This document shows, one piece after another, positions 53,250-62,784 of a stretch of 64,000 bases of DNA. How positions within the stretch are numbered: position 1 is the stretch's first letter; each line of letters opens with the position of its first letter. The translations under genes were made by a program, and so were the position numbers. Source of the stretch: Candidatus Micrarchaeota archaeon. Its GTDB lineage: Archaea; Micrarchaeota; Micrarchaeia; Anstonellales; Anstonellaceae. Below the pieces are notes generated by a model, which saw nothing but the letters and a program-made list of their open reading frames with translations, had not been told where the DNA came from and searched no databases. The stretch covers positions 27,727-91,726 of the forward strand of contig JAOAJY010000003.1 of NCBI GenBank assembly GCA_026413965.1, read 5' to 3'.

Positions 53250-53293
53250 GCGAAAAAAATCGGAAGAAAAAATAAAAAGAGCGTATGGTCTGC

Positions 53294-54154
53294 TCAGTTG
53301 AAGGCTTTCATGACCTCGTCAAAGTTGGAGTATGGGAGCGCGCCTGCGAACACTATCCCAAATCCTGCTCCCTCAACCTCAACCACTGAAGCATCCACCC
53401 CAAGCCCAGAAAGCTTGGAGGCTATGGTTGAGAGCCTGGACTGGAGAGCCTCGCTTCTGTCTTTGGTGGAATAAGCCAAAAAGCCAGGGGTTCCCCTTAT
53501 TCCTATGCTTTCACCCTCATCCATCTGGCTTTGGACAGCTGACGCCATCTTTCCGCTGTCAAGGCAGCTGTTGAATTTTGCTGTGTCAAGCCCAATCGCA
53601 GCTGCCTTTGCCTTCAAGTCTGGCACGGACAGCTTGTTTTGCTCTGCGAACATGGCATCGTGCATCTCAAAGAACTTCCCCTGCTCTCCAGCGCACTCCG
53701 CAGCCTCGGCTGCCTTTTGGGCGTTCGGATGGAATGGAAGTGGGAAGTGCCTGAAAACGTATTTTGCTTCAGGATAGGACTTCTTAAGCTGAGCAAGTGT
53801 GGGATTGACCCTGTTGCAGAAGGGGCACTCAAAATCAGAGTATTCCACCAGCACCACTTTAGCATCAGCTTTGCCTTTGAAATAGGAATTGCTGTAATCC
53901 AGCCCTGAAACCTTTGGAGAGCCTTGCTTTGGCTCCGGCTGAGGCTGCGCCTGGGGCGAAGGCTGCGCCTGGCTTCCTCCGCTTGGGGCTGATGGAGCAG
54001 TTAGCTTCACCTTCCCTATTGCCTCCTGTATCCCAGAAGAGCCGATGTAAATGGTGGCTGAAACAAGAAGGGCTGCAAGTATGATTGCGATGCCAATTAC
54101 ATATTCCCCTTGCTCTAAGCCACGAACCGCTTTGTCTGCCTTTTCAGTCATCAT
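53294..54154 (-). CDS. Membrane-anchored DsbA/thioredoxin-like thiol:disulfide oxidoreductase
   Basis: N-terminal TM, a Pro/Gln-rich linker (QAQPSPQAQPQPEPKQ), then EYSDFECPFCNRV (CPFC active site), FRHFPL and GTPGF. Confidence 0.8.
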   Translation of the reverse strand: MMTEKADKAVRGLEQGEYVIGIAIILAALLVSATIYIGSSGIQEAIGKVKLTAPSAPSGGSQAQPSPQAQPQPEPKQGSPKVSGLDYSNSYFKGKADAKVVLVEYSDFECPFCNRVNPTLAQLKKSYPEAKYVFRHFPLPFHPNAQKAAEAAECAGEQGKFFEMHDAMFAEQNKLSVPDLKAKAAAIGLDTAKFNSCLDSGKMASAVQSQMDEGESIGIRGTPGFLAYSTKDRSEALQSRLSTIASKLSGLGVDASVVEVEGAGFGIVFAGALPYSNFDEVMKAFN

Positions 54155-54270
54155 TCCACCTCCTAACTTTGCAGTTTTTGGACCAATATTTTTAAACCAA
54201 CCTGCTTGCCTTTGGCGCTGATGCCAAAGAGGAAAGCAAGGCTTTTATTTGATTTTGCAGATGAGCAATC

Positions 54271-56256
54271 ATGCTGGCTCTTTCTGCTTTTGAACTCACC
54301 CCTGCGAAGGCAGGCGCCAGAGAGTGGCTTATTGCCAACGGGCTGGGAGGATACTCCTCATCCACAGCCATAGGGATGAACACCAGGAAATACCATGGCC
54401 TTTTGGTTGCCTCATTGCCGCAAGGGAGGATGGTTATGCTTTCCAAGCTGGAGGAGCATGCGGTTGTTGCAGGAGAGCAGCTCCCTCTTTCCACCAACCA
54501 ATACCCAGGAAAAGTCTATCCTGAAGGCTACAGGAGGCAGATTGGGTTCAGCTTCGCAGAATTCCCAGAATTCCATTATTCAGTTGAAGGCATGAGGCTG
54601 GCAAAGTCGGTGAGGATGGTCTATGGCAAGAACACTTCGCTTATATCATACAGGATGGAAGGCTCAGGAGAGATTGGGCTTTCAATAAGGCCTCTTCTGG
54701 CCATGAGGAAAATACACCAAGACCCCTCTGCCCAAGACAAAAGCATGGAATTCCGCTCAGACAGGTTTGGCTTTTGGACAGCAAACCCCCAAATGAGAAT
54801 GAGTTGCTCCAATGGCAGCTTCGTTCCCTCTCCTGACAATTACAGGAACATGCTTTATCCTGCAGAGCAGGAGAGAGGATACCCCCACTGCGAAACGTTG
54901 TTTTCTCCAGGCGTTTTTTCCTGCAGGCTGCAGCAGGGCGAAGAGCTGCACCTGTCCGCCTCAGTTGAGGGGATTGCGCCATCCGAAGCGCTTGAGCTTT
55001 TGGATAGGCAGCAGATGCGCAGGATGCACCTGATTCGTGGCTACGAGGAGAGCAGCGGCATAGCCGCCACTGATTTTTCCCAAGCTTTGCTGAAAGCCGC
55101 CGACTCATTCATCGCAAGCAGGAAAGGGAGAAGGCTTATTGTCGCAGGCTATCCTTGGTTTTTTGAATGGGGCAGGGACACTATGGTTTCGCTTCCTGGG
55201 CTGCTTGTGTACACAGGCAGGCACGCTCTTGCGCGCGAAATCCTTTTCGGCTACAGCGGAAAAATAGAGGACGGCTTAATCCCGAACTTCATCACAGAGG
55301 AAGGGGAGATGAGCTACACCTCATCTGACGCTTCGCTTTGGTACCTTAATGCCATAAGGCATTATGCGGAATGGACAGGGGACTACAGCTTTGTCCAGCG
55401 CAGGCTTTGGAAGCCGATGAAGCAAATAATATCAGGATACATACAAGGCAACAGCCTTGCCAGGATGGATGGGGATTGCCTTCTGCGGGTGCTTTCTGCC
55501 TCATCAACCTGGATGGATGCGCAGATTGGAGGAAGCCCGGTGACCCCAAGGAAAGGCAAGCCTGTTGAGATAAACGCGCTTTGGTACTCCAACCTGAATT
55601 TCATGCAGGAGCTTGCTGAAAAGTTTGAGGACAAAAGAATGCTGTCAATTGTTTCGCCTATAATAGAGGCATGCGCCGAATCATTCCAGAAGTTCCTGTC
55701 TTTGCATGAAGCCCAGCTTTTTGACGTGATTGAGCCAAATGACGCGACTCTTAGGCCCAACCAGATATTTGCGGTCGCGCTTCCGCACTCGCCCCTCAAC
55801 AGCCTCCAGAAGAAGCTTGTTTTCAACCTGGTGCGCTCCAAGCTATACACGCCCCTTGGGCTCCGAACCCTTCCCCATGAGGACAGCAGATGCCATGAGG
55901 CTTACAGGGGGAACCAGCAGCAGAGGGACGAGGCATACCATCAGGGCATGATTTGGCCATGGCTGCTTGGCGCGTTTTACGACGCCCAGCTTGAGGTGTA
56001 TCCTTCAACGCAAAAGCAAATCCTCAATTCCCTGCGGCCTTTGTGGGAGAGCATGAAAAGCGGGGAGGGCTGCGCAGGCACCCTCCCAGAAATGTACGAG
56101 CCTGCCACAGGAAAGCCGGCAGGGGCAATCTCGCAGGCTTGGAGCATCGCGGAAATAATCAGGATTTATACAAAAGCCAAAGCCCAAAGAATGAGCCAGA
56201 CTGCATGGCAAGCCGCATCCGCAAAGGAGGCCTCAAAGCAGCTTGAGGTTCCCTAA
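54271..56256 (+). CDS. Glycogen debranching enzyme (archaeal type, amylo-alpha-1,6-glucosidase family)
   Basis: N-terminal REWLIANGLGGYSSSTAIGMNTRKYHGLL, then GYPWFFEWGRDTM, and a C-terminal (alpha/alpha)6-like region containing AYHQGMIWPW. Confidence 0.8.
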   Translation: MLALSAFELTPAKAGAREWLIANGLGGYSSSTAIGMNTRKYHGLLVASLPQGRMVMLSKLEEHAVVAGEQLPLSTNQYPGKVYPEGYRRQIGFSFAEFPEFHYSVEGMRLAKSVRMVYGKNTSLISYRMEGSGEIGLSIRPLLAMRKIHQDPSAQDKSMEFRSDRFGFWTANPQMRMSCSNGSFVPSPDNYRNMLYPAEQERGYPHCETLFSPGVFSCRLQQGEELHLSASVEGIAPSEALELLDRQQMRRMHLIRGYEESSGIAATDFSQALLKAADSFIASRKGRRLIVAGYPWFFEWGRDTMVSLPGLLVYTGRHALAREILFGYSGKIEDGLIPNFITEEGEMSYTSSDASLWYLNAIRHYAEWTGDYSFVQRRLWKPMKQIISGYIQGNSLARMDGDCLLRVLSASSTWMDAQIGGSPVTPRKGKPVEINALWYSNLNFMQELAEKFEDKRMLSIVSPIIEACAESFQKFLSLHEAQLFDVIEPNDATLRPNQIFAVALPHSPLNSLQKKLVFNLVRSKLYTPLGLRTLPHEDSRCHEAYRGNQQQRDEAYHQGMIWPWLLGAFYDAQLEVYPSTQKQILNSLRPLWESMKSGEGCAGTLPEMYEPATGKPAGAISQAWSIAEIIRIYTKAKAQRMSQTAWQAASAKEASKQLEVP

Positions 56257-56583
56257 GTGCTTGTCAATCTTTTTCTCATCAGCAGGGCCTGCGCCAAAGC
56301 AGGTTATGCTCCCAGGCTCAAGCTGCGTCAGCCCTGCGTCGCTGACAAGCGCGCATGGCACTTCTTTCCTCATGGCATCATACAAAGCCAGAAGCTCCTC
56401 TTGGCTTTTGACTTTTAGCACCACTTTTTTTTGCCCTTCTTGCAGCCACTTGGCGCAAAGCTCAGGATTGCGCTTCAGCGACTGAAGGTACGCCAAAATG
56501 GAGGCGTGGGCAGCCTGCGCTGCCGCTTTCCCTTTCCCCATCCTCAAGTCTGCTCGCATGACAATTGCCTGCTTGGCTGCCAT
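56233..56583 (-). CDS. pth2: Peptidyl-tRNA hydrolase, archaeal Pth2
   Basis: Start at the internal ATG (MAAKQAIVMRADLRMGKGKAAAQAAHAS...). Later DAGLTQLEPGSITCFGAGP. 116 aa. Confidence 0.85.
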   Translation of the reverse strand: MAAKQAIVMRADLRMGKGKAAAQAAHASILAYLQSLKRNPELCAKWLQEGQKKVVLKVKSQEELLALYDAMRKEVPCALVSDAGLTQLEPGSITCFGAGPADEKKIDKHLGNLKLL

Positions 56584-56610
56584 GGAGAATAAAAACAATT
56601 TTGTTTTAAT

Positions 56611-57666
56611 ATGCTTATGCTTGATTGGCTGAAAAGCTTCGCTGAAAAAATAGAGCAAAGCGAGTCTGCAAAAATCAGGGCTGCAAAAAAGCTAAGGCAA
56701 GAGGGCTCCGCAGGCAGGCTTCATGGGGCTCTTGAGGAAAAGCTGGTCTACCCGGTGAGCCAGCAGGAGATAAGCGGCAAGATTGCGGCTGTTGACGGCG
56801 GAATTGCCGGAGAGGAGCTTCACGGGTTTGACCTTCTTTTGATGCGCAGCGTGGGAGTGGTATTTGAATACGGCAAATCCCGCATAATTTCCCATTCATA
56901 TTTTCCTTCTTCCCGCCCGCCGATTGAATATGACATGAGAAGCGGGCTGGACAGCCACGAGGTTATTTGGCACAAATCCCTCTTCAGGCTCAAAGGCGAG
57001 CTGGGCTGCGCAGCCTCGCTTATAGAAAAGCATTCCCCAGCCGCTCTTCTTCTTGACGGCTCAATAGCCCCGCTGCTTTCAGACAAGCCCTCAGAGGAAT
57101 CGGAGATGCGGCAGCTTTACCAGGAAGTTTTGCATTCTTACACCAGGCTTTACCAGACCGCATGGTCGCGCCAATGCCTGCTTTTGGGCATAATAAAGGA
57201 CAGCAGAAGCAAAAGGTTCATGGAGCTTTTGAGCAAAAGCCTGGATGGAGAGGAAGGGCTGCGCCACACCACAGACACCTCTTTCCTTTTCTTTCTGCTT
57301 GAGGCTGGGGAGAGGACATGCGCATTCACCTATTCCTCTTCCCCCTCAAGCCACCAGATACTCAAAGATTTGGGTGGGTGGTCAGAGAAGATACTTTCCT
57401 TTTACCTTAAGCCTGTTGAGGAAGACCGGCCTTTGCGGGTTGAGTTTCTTGCTGGGCAAAAGGCATTTGGAGAGGTGGCAAGCCTGGTGCATTCCCTTTC
57501 ATGCATGCACAAGGCTTACGCTTATCCTGCAGCGCTGATAGAGGCAGACCTCAGAGCTGCGCTGCGGGAGGAGGAGGCGGATGGGGCTTATGCCAAGCTT
57601 TTCTTCCGGCTTGGGAAAAGAGCCTCGCTTTACAGGCTCAGAAGGAACAGCCGCCCCTTCAGGTGA
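56611..57666 (+). CDS. NurA-domain nuclease (putative)
   Basis: 351 aa. IAAVDGGIAGEE and ALLLDGSIAPLL fit the NurA acidic-motif layout (D-G-[GS]). Confidence 0.5.
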   Translation: MLMLDWLKSFAEKIEQSESAKIRAAKKLRQEGSAGRLHGALEEKLVYPVSQQEISGKIAAVDGGIAGEELHGFDLLLMRSVGVVFEYGKSRIISHSYFPSSRPPIEYDMRSGLDSHEVIWHKSLFRLKGELGCAASLIEKHSPAALLLDGSIAPLLSDKPSEESEMRQLYQEVLHSYTRLYQTAWSRQCLLLGIIKDSRSKRFMELLSKSLDGEEGLRHTTDTSFLFFLLEAGERTCAFTYSSSPSSHQILKDLGGWSEKILSFYLKPVEEDRPLRVEFLAGQKAFGEVASLVHSLSCMHKAYAYPAALIEADLRAALREEEADGAYAKLFFRLGKRASLYRLRRNSRPFR

Positions 57667-57706
57667 TTGATAACAAATAAAAACAGCGCCTGCAAGAAGG
57701 GAAAGC

Positions 57707-57901
57707 ATGGACTGGATAGGAAGACCTGTGGAAGAAGGCAAGGTGTATGAGGTAGTTGTTGAAGCCAAGGGCGCGCGCGGGGACGGAATTGCCCATGTGG
57801 AAGGCTTTGTGGTGTTTGTCCCCAACGCAATTGTGGGCGAAAAAATCAAGGTGAAAATAACTTCTGTCAAAAGGACTTTTGCAGTAGGGGAGAAGGTTTG
57901 A
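57707..57901 (+). CDS. TRAM-domain protein
   Basis: 64 aa. GKVYEVVVEAKGARGDGIAHVEGFVVFVPNAIVGEKIKVKITSVKRTFAVGE. Confidence 0.8.
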   Translation: MDWIGRPVEEGKVYEVVVEAKGARGDGIAHVEGFVVFVPNAIVGEKIKVKITSVKRTFAVGEKV

Positions 57902-57911
57902 GGAAAGGCAA

Positions 57912-59663
57912 ATGTGCGGCATAATCGGATACATTGGCTACAGGAAAGCTTCTGAGGTCATTTTGGAGGGCTTGCGCAAGCTGGAATACCGAGGGTATGA
58001 CTCAGCAGGCATTGCGACTCTGAGCGGCAAGATACAGCTGATAAAGGATGCAGGCAGGCTGGATGAGATTCACCGGAGAAGGAATTTCCTTCAGCTTGAA
58101 GGCACAATAGGCATAGGGCACACCAGGTGGGCAACGCATGGAGGGGTGAGCCAAAAGAATGCGCATCCGCATTCTGATTCTCATGGGAAGATTTTCCTTG
58201 TGCACAACGGCGTGATTGAGAACTTTGAGGAGCTTAGGGCAAGCCTTTCCAAGAAAGGGCACAGGTTTTCCTCTGAGACTGACACTGAGGCGATAGCCCA
58301 TCTTGTAGAGGAGGAGCTGAAGAAAGAGAAGGACTTTGGGAAAGCCTTCTCAAATGCCATTTCCATGCTCAAAGGCACATGGTCTGTGGTCTGCATAAGC
58401 GAGGGAGAGGAGGCAATACACGCATCAAGGAATGGTCCGCCGCTGGTGATAGGGATAGGGGAAGGAGAGATGTTTTGCGCCTCGGATGTGCCTGCCTTGC
58501 TTGCATACACAAAAAAAGTGGTTTTCCTGGAGGACGGCGACCGGGCAGTCATAAAAAAAGGCGGCTTTGAGATTTTCAGCGGCTCAAAAAGAGTTCGAAG
58601 GAAAATCCACAGCATAAATTGGAGCGCGCAGATGGCAGAGAAAGGAGGATACCCCCACTTCATGCTCAAGGAGATAAGCGAGCAGCCTGCCAAAATACGC
58701 GAGGCTCTGTCCGCAGATGTGGATGAGGCAGCAGCCATCCTTGGCGGGCAGGAGCATTTCACTGTGGTTGCCTGCGGAAGCTCCTATTATGCAGGCCTGG
58801 TGTTCAAAAGCATAGCGCAAAGCATCTTGGGGGTGCCATGCGAGGTCATCCTTGGCTCTGAATTCCAATACGCCCGGACCGGCAAGGAAAAGGTGGTCAT
58901 AGCCATAAGCCAGTCTGGAGAGACTGCGGACACCCTTTCTGCAGCCAGGCTTGCCAAATCAAGCGGAGCCAAAGTGGTGGCGATAACCAATGTGCTGGGA
59001 AGCTCGCTTTACCGTGAGGCAGATGCCTCTGTGATGATAGGCGCAGGCCCTGAGCTTTCGGTGGTGGCAACCAAGTCATTCACATGCCAGGTGGCAGTGC
59101 TGGCAAAAATCGCGCTGGCTTTGGGCAAAAGAGAAAAAGAGCTTGAAAGGCTGCAGGGGGTTTCGGAGAAGATTGAGAAGGTGCTTGAAAGCCAATCCAA
59201 GATAAAAAAGCTTGCGGACAGGCTCAGCCGGTTCAAAGATTTCTTCTACATAGGCAGAGGCATGGCATTCCCTTCAGCCCTTGAGGGAGCTCTTAAGCTC
59301 AAGGAGATAACTTATCTGCATGCCGAGGCTTATGCAGCAGGCGAGCTGAAGCATGGGCCGCTTTCGCTTCTGGACAAAAATGTGGTGGTCGTCGCGCTTG
59401 CGCCAGCAGACAGCTCTTTCCCAAAAACAATGTCCAATGTGCAGGAGTGCCTAGCCAGGAATGCCAACCTGGTGGTTTTGTCAGACAGCAAGCAGGCTCT
59501 TGGGAAAGCCAAGCTCAGCCTGGCTGTACCAAAGGCAGAAGGCGCAGAGATACCCTTGGTTTATTCTGTGCCCTTGCAGCTTCTTGCTTACTATCTTGCT
59601 GTCAAGCTCAAACGCGACCCGGACAAGCCGCGCAACCTTGCAAAATCAGTCACTGTGGAGTAG
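57912..59663 (+). CDS. glmS: Glutamine--fructose-6-phosphate aminotransferase
   Basis: MCGIIGYIG is followed by two SIS domains, and the protein ends KSVTVE. Confidence 0.95.
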   Translation: MCGIIGYIGYRKASEVILEGLRKLEYRGYDSAGIATLSGKIQLIKDAGRLDEIHRRRNFLQLEGTIGIGHTRWATHGGVSQKNAHPHSDSHGKIFLVHNGVIENFEELRASLSKKGHRFSSETDTEAIAHLVEEELKKEKDFGKAFSNAISMLKGTWSVVCISEGEEAIHASRNGPPLVIGIGEGEMFCASDVPALLAYTKKVVFLEDGDRAVIKKGGFEIFSGSKRVRRKIHSINWSAQMAEKGGYPHFMLKEISEQPAKIREALSADVDEAAAILGGQEHFTVVACGSSYYAGLVFKSIAQSILGVPCEVILGSEFQYARTGKEKVVIAISQSGETADTLSAARLAKSSGAKVVAITNVLGSSLYREADASVMIGAGPELSVVATKSFTCQVAVLAKIALALGKREKELERLQGVSEKIEKVLESQSKIKKLADRLSRFKDFFYIGRGMAFPSALEGALKLKEITYLHAEAYAAGELKHGPLSLLDKNVVVVALAPADSSFPKTMSNVQECLARNANLVVLSDSKQALGKAKLSLAVPKAEGAEIPLVYSVPLQLLAYYLAVKLKRDPDKPRNLAKSVTVE

Positions 59664-59664
59664 G

Positions 59665-60171
59665 TCATCTCCAAACAAACACGCGCATCCTGGCAGGCCG
59701 CATCTTGCCAGAAGAATCTTGGATGGACACCCCTCTGTGCGCCACTGCAACCTCCCTTCCGGAATCATATGTGCAGTTCCCCATGCGCTTTATTGGGAGG
59801 TTGTCCTCTGTGTATTCCAAAAGGATGCAATACTCTGCCGGAGCCCTCATTATTTTGCCTGAGCCAGCATAATTGTTGGCTATCCAATAATCCAGCTTGT
59901 CCAGCTTTGACCGGTTGATCTGGTTTGAGAATCCGGAAGCTATCCCAAACTGCTTCACATCATTCAAGGAAGAGGCGGACTGCCATCCAGAAGGAACTCC
60001 CGGAGAAAGCAAAGACTCTGCCATCCGCATGGCGCCTGGATGGAGAGGCAGCATTCGCGATTCTGCTGCTTGCTGCGCTCCATACCAGTAGCCCATAAGG
60101 GAAGCCATTGCGACTGCCATTATGACTGTGGCAACCACAGCGTCAAATGAAAAATACTGGCCTTTCAGCAT
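59665..60171 (-). CDS. Type IV prepilin-like protein (class III signal peptide)
   Basis: N-terminus MLKGQYFSFDAVVATVIMAVAMASLMGYWY. Fifth gene of an overlapping operon. Confidence 0.6.
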   Translation of the reverse strand: MLKGQYFSFDAVVATVIMAVAMASLMGYWYGAQQAAESRMLPLHPGAMRMAESLLSPGVPSGWQSASSLNDVKQFGIASGFSNQINRSKLDKLDYWIANNYAGSGKIMRAPAEYCILLEYTEDNLPIKRMGNCTYDSGREVAVAHRGVSIQDSSGKMRPARMRVFVWR

Positions 60172-60683
60172 GATGCTGCCCTCCCGAAAGTGATGTTCCC
60201 TGCCTGGTTTGAGATATTAAGGCAGGAAACTGTGCTGTTTATCTCTATGAAATCCCCGCTATAGCCTATTCCTGAGCCTAAGGAAGATATCCCGAAAGAT
60301 GCTGTTATGGCTGGGGCTGAGACTGAGGATTTTCCGCTGTTCCAATTCACATAGACAAACCCTGTCTCATTCTGCGCCTGCTGCCCGTATGCGCGGCTCA
60401 CCATAAACTGGTAGTTTTTCCCAAGCAAATCCGGAGGGATCCGAACGGTGTGCCAAAAACCGTCCCCTGCCACAAATGCCACGTTTATTTGGTCGGAAAG
60501 CTGGTATGCGATTTGCTGAGCATAAGCATTCTCGGCTTTGGCAATCTCTTGGGATTGCAGATAGAAAAAAATCGCTATTGAAAGCAGAAGCATCAGCAAA
60601 AACAGCACAGAATAGGATATGACCTCCACTGCAGCCTGCCCTATGCTGCATCTGGAAGCTGCTGGAATGGAAGCATCACCCAT
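60165..60683 (-). CDS. Type IV prepilin-like protein (class III signal peptide)
   Basis: N-terminus ...SRCSIGQAAVEVISYSVLFLLMLLLSIAIFFYL. Overlaps each neighbour by 7-8 nt. Confidence 0.6.
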   Translation of the reverse strand: MGDASIPAASRCSIGQAAVEVISYSVLFLLMLLLSIAIFFYLQSQEIAKAENAYAQQIAYQLSDQINVAFVAGDGFWHTVRIPPDLLGKNYQFMVSRAYGQQAQNETGFVYVNWNSGKSSVSAPAITASFGISSLGSGIGYSGDFIEINSTVSCLNISNQAGNITFGRAASC

Positions 60684-61116
60684 ATCTCACCACGACCGCG
60701 CCAAGCGAATGATTGTAGAACAAGTCTATCCTTTGCGGGCCGGCGTTCCTCCTTCCAGAGAGATTGCCGGTTATGTTGGCAAATGCCGGGCTTGCCACAT
60801 CTGTCCTTCTTCCGCCCACATCCATCGTCAAGACCACCAATCCTCCTTCCACAGCCCCATCCGCCACTCCGCTTGGGTAATTGACTGTGATTGACTTTTT
60901 GGAGCCAGGACCCTGAAGATACACTTCTCCTGCCTCATCAGATATTATCCTTGCGGCTATTCTTGCCTGCTCAAGCGAGGATTTGCCAGCCTCTTCTCCT
61001 GACATGGAAAGGAAAAGCAAAGCCAAAGGGATGATGAAAAGCAGCACGAATGCCACAAAGACCAGCATCTCCACAGCCGCCTGCCCTGAAACATGTGATC
61101 TTTCCATCTGCACCAC
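60676..61116 (-). CDS. Type IV prepilin-like protein (class III signal peptide)
   Basis: N-terminus MVQMERSHVSGQAAVEMLVFVAFVLLFIIPLALLFL, a GQAAVE motif resembling that of TadE/archaeal pilins. Confidence 0.65.
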   Translation of the reverse strand: MVQMERSHVSGQAAVEMLVFVAFVLLFIIPLALLFLSMSGEEAGKSSLEQARIAARIISDEAGEVYLQGPGSKKSITVNYPSGVADGAVEGGLVVLTMDVGGRRTDVASPAFANITGNLSGRRNAGPQRIDLFYNHSLGAVVVRYG

Positions 61117-62784
61117 TCAGCTGCACGGAGCCATCCTGGGGAACCTGCTGTCCACATTGCAGGCAGTCAGGTTCAGCCCATACCTTGCGACATCCTCGTT
61201 CCTAAGCCTGAAAAATCCTACCCCTATTTGGTTGGGGTCATTTGAGCTGCACATGTCTTTGCTTTTGCACCCCATCATGCCTTTTATCCTCGGGGTTAAT
61301 GCTTCCGTCTGGGGAGGATAGGTGGAGTAGAAAACCCAGTCCAGCTTGGTGAGCCTCTGGTGCTGGCCGCCATTTGAGGCGTCATCTGAGCCTCCTGCCC
61401 ATCTGCCGACCAAAAATGACTCTATGCCGTAATCGCTTCGCAGCGAGCCTGCATCGCTTGACACCCCTGCCTGAGCAAGCATGCGCTGGAAGAAAGAAGG
61501 CGCAAGGGGAGATTCCACGTAAAATCCGCATATGGAAGCATCCCTTATTGCGCTCATGTCCCAGATATGATGGTGGTCTGCGTCATCAAGAGCCTCTTCT
61601 GGAGTCTCCTTTGGATTGTCAATAAGGATATACCTTTGGCTTCTGAGCCCTTGGCGCGCAACTTGGGGAATGCGGGAAAGCCAGGCTGAGCCGTCGGTTG
61701 CCATATACGGGGAAGAGGTTTTGTTGCGCACTTCAGGCGCCTTTGCGCACCCAGGCTGGCTGGAGAAATAGCGAGTGACGCAGTTGAGGCATTTGGTCTC
61801 GCTTCGGGCTGTGAACTGGCATCCTGTGTCCGGGTCGGTGTAGTTGTAATACTCATATTCTGGAAGATTGGTGATGACCACTGCTCCGAAAAGCGGAGCA
61901 TATGAGCTTATGTTTTCGTCCCAATTCTTCACCAGTATCATCTGGGATAGGGGCTGTTCCAAATCATCTGGCGAGCTGGGATAGTCGGTCATCACTGCGC
62001 CATAGAACCACCCGAATCCGCGGGTCCCGTTGAAGGCATTTTTCGGAGCCAAATCAGAGGGGAAGCGGTAAAGAGGATTCCTGAAAATCTGCTTGGAGGC
62101 TGCAAGCCCGGAGGGCACCCCTCTTCTTGCCATGTCGTTCCTGTGTACGAACGGGTCGGGCATTCCGACAATTGAGAAGCTTGAATTGGCCTTCAGCTTT
62201 TTGCTCTGCCTAAGGGTGTTCTCAAAATCAGATATGTTCAAGTCCATCTCAAAAGAAACCCCTACGGTCCAGGCATCTTTTTGGGAAATTTTCATGTTGT
62301 AAGGCTCAGAGAAAGACACTGAAAAGCCTGTTGCCGCCGCGGCTGAGCGCATTTTTTGCTTCCATGACTCTATTGTGTATGCCTCAAACTCCTCTTGCGA
62401 GTAATTGAGGGGAGGAGCCAGCGCGGTGGTGCCGTTTCTCATAAGCGAAAGGATGGCTTTCTCCACCTCGCCTGTCTGCGGATTTTTTGGGTCTGACGAT
62501 TGGGAAGATGCCAAGCCCGCTCCTGCTTGGGAGGAGTAATTGGCTAGCTTGAACGTGGCATAAAAGGCAGAGGCGTTCGCGAAATCCGAAATGGACTTGT
62601 CGGATATGGAGGAGAGCGCCAGCCTGGTGGCCTCTCCCTTGAAGCGCTGGGCTTGCCTTTGGTCAGACTGCTCCAAAGCCCGAACCCAAATCTGCACTGT
62701 GAAAAGCATGAAAGACAAAATCACAAGCGCCATCACTGTGAAGAAAAACCCTTTGGAAAATCTCTGCGCCATCGCATCACGCAT
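61117..62784 (-). CDS. Large prepilin-like protein (555 aa), possible adhesin or minor pilin
   Basis: N-terminus MRDAMAQRFSKGFFFTVMALVILSFMLFTVQIWV, followed by a roughly 520-aa soluble domain with several Cys. Confidence 0.6.
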   Translation of the reverse strand: MRDAMAQRFSKGFFFTVMALVILSFMLFTVQIWVRALEQSDQRQAQRFKGEATRLALSSISDKSISDFANASAFYATFKLANYSSQAGAGLASSQSSDPKNPQTGEVEKAILSLMRNGTTALAPPLNYSQEEFEAYTIESWKQKMRSAAAATGFSVSFSEPYNMKISQKDAWTVGVSFEMDLNISDFENTLRQSKKLKANSSFSIVGMPDPFVHRNDMARRGVPSGLAASKQIFRNPLYRFPSDLAPKNAFNGTRGFGWFYGAVMTDYPSSPDDLEQPLSQMILVKNWDENISSYAPLFGAVVITNLPEYEYYNYTDPDTGCQFTARSETKCLNCVTRYFSSQPGCAKAPEVRNKTSSPYMATDGSAWLSRIPQVARQGLRSQRYILIDNPKETPEEALDDADHHHIWDMSAIRDASICGFYVESPLAPSFFQRMLAQAGVSSDAGSLRSDYGIESFLVGRWAGGSDDASNGGQHQRLTKLDWVFYSTYPPQTEALTPRIKGMMGCKSKDMCSSNDPNQIGVGFFRLRNEDVARYGLNLTACNVDSRFPRMAPCS

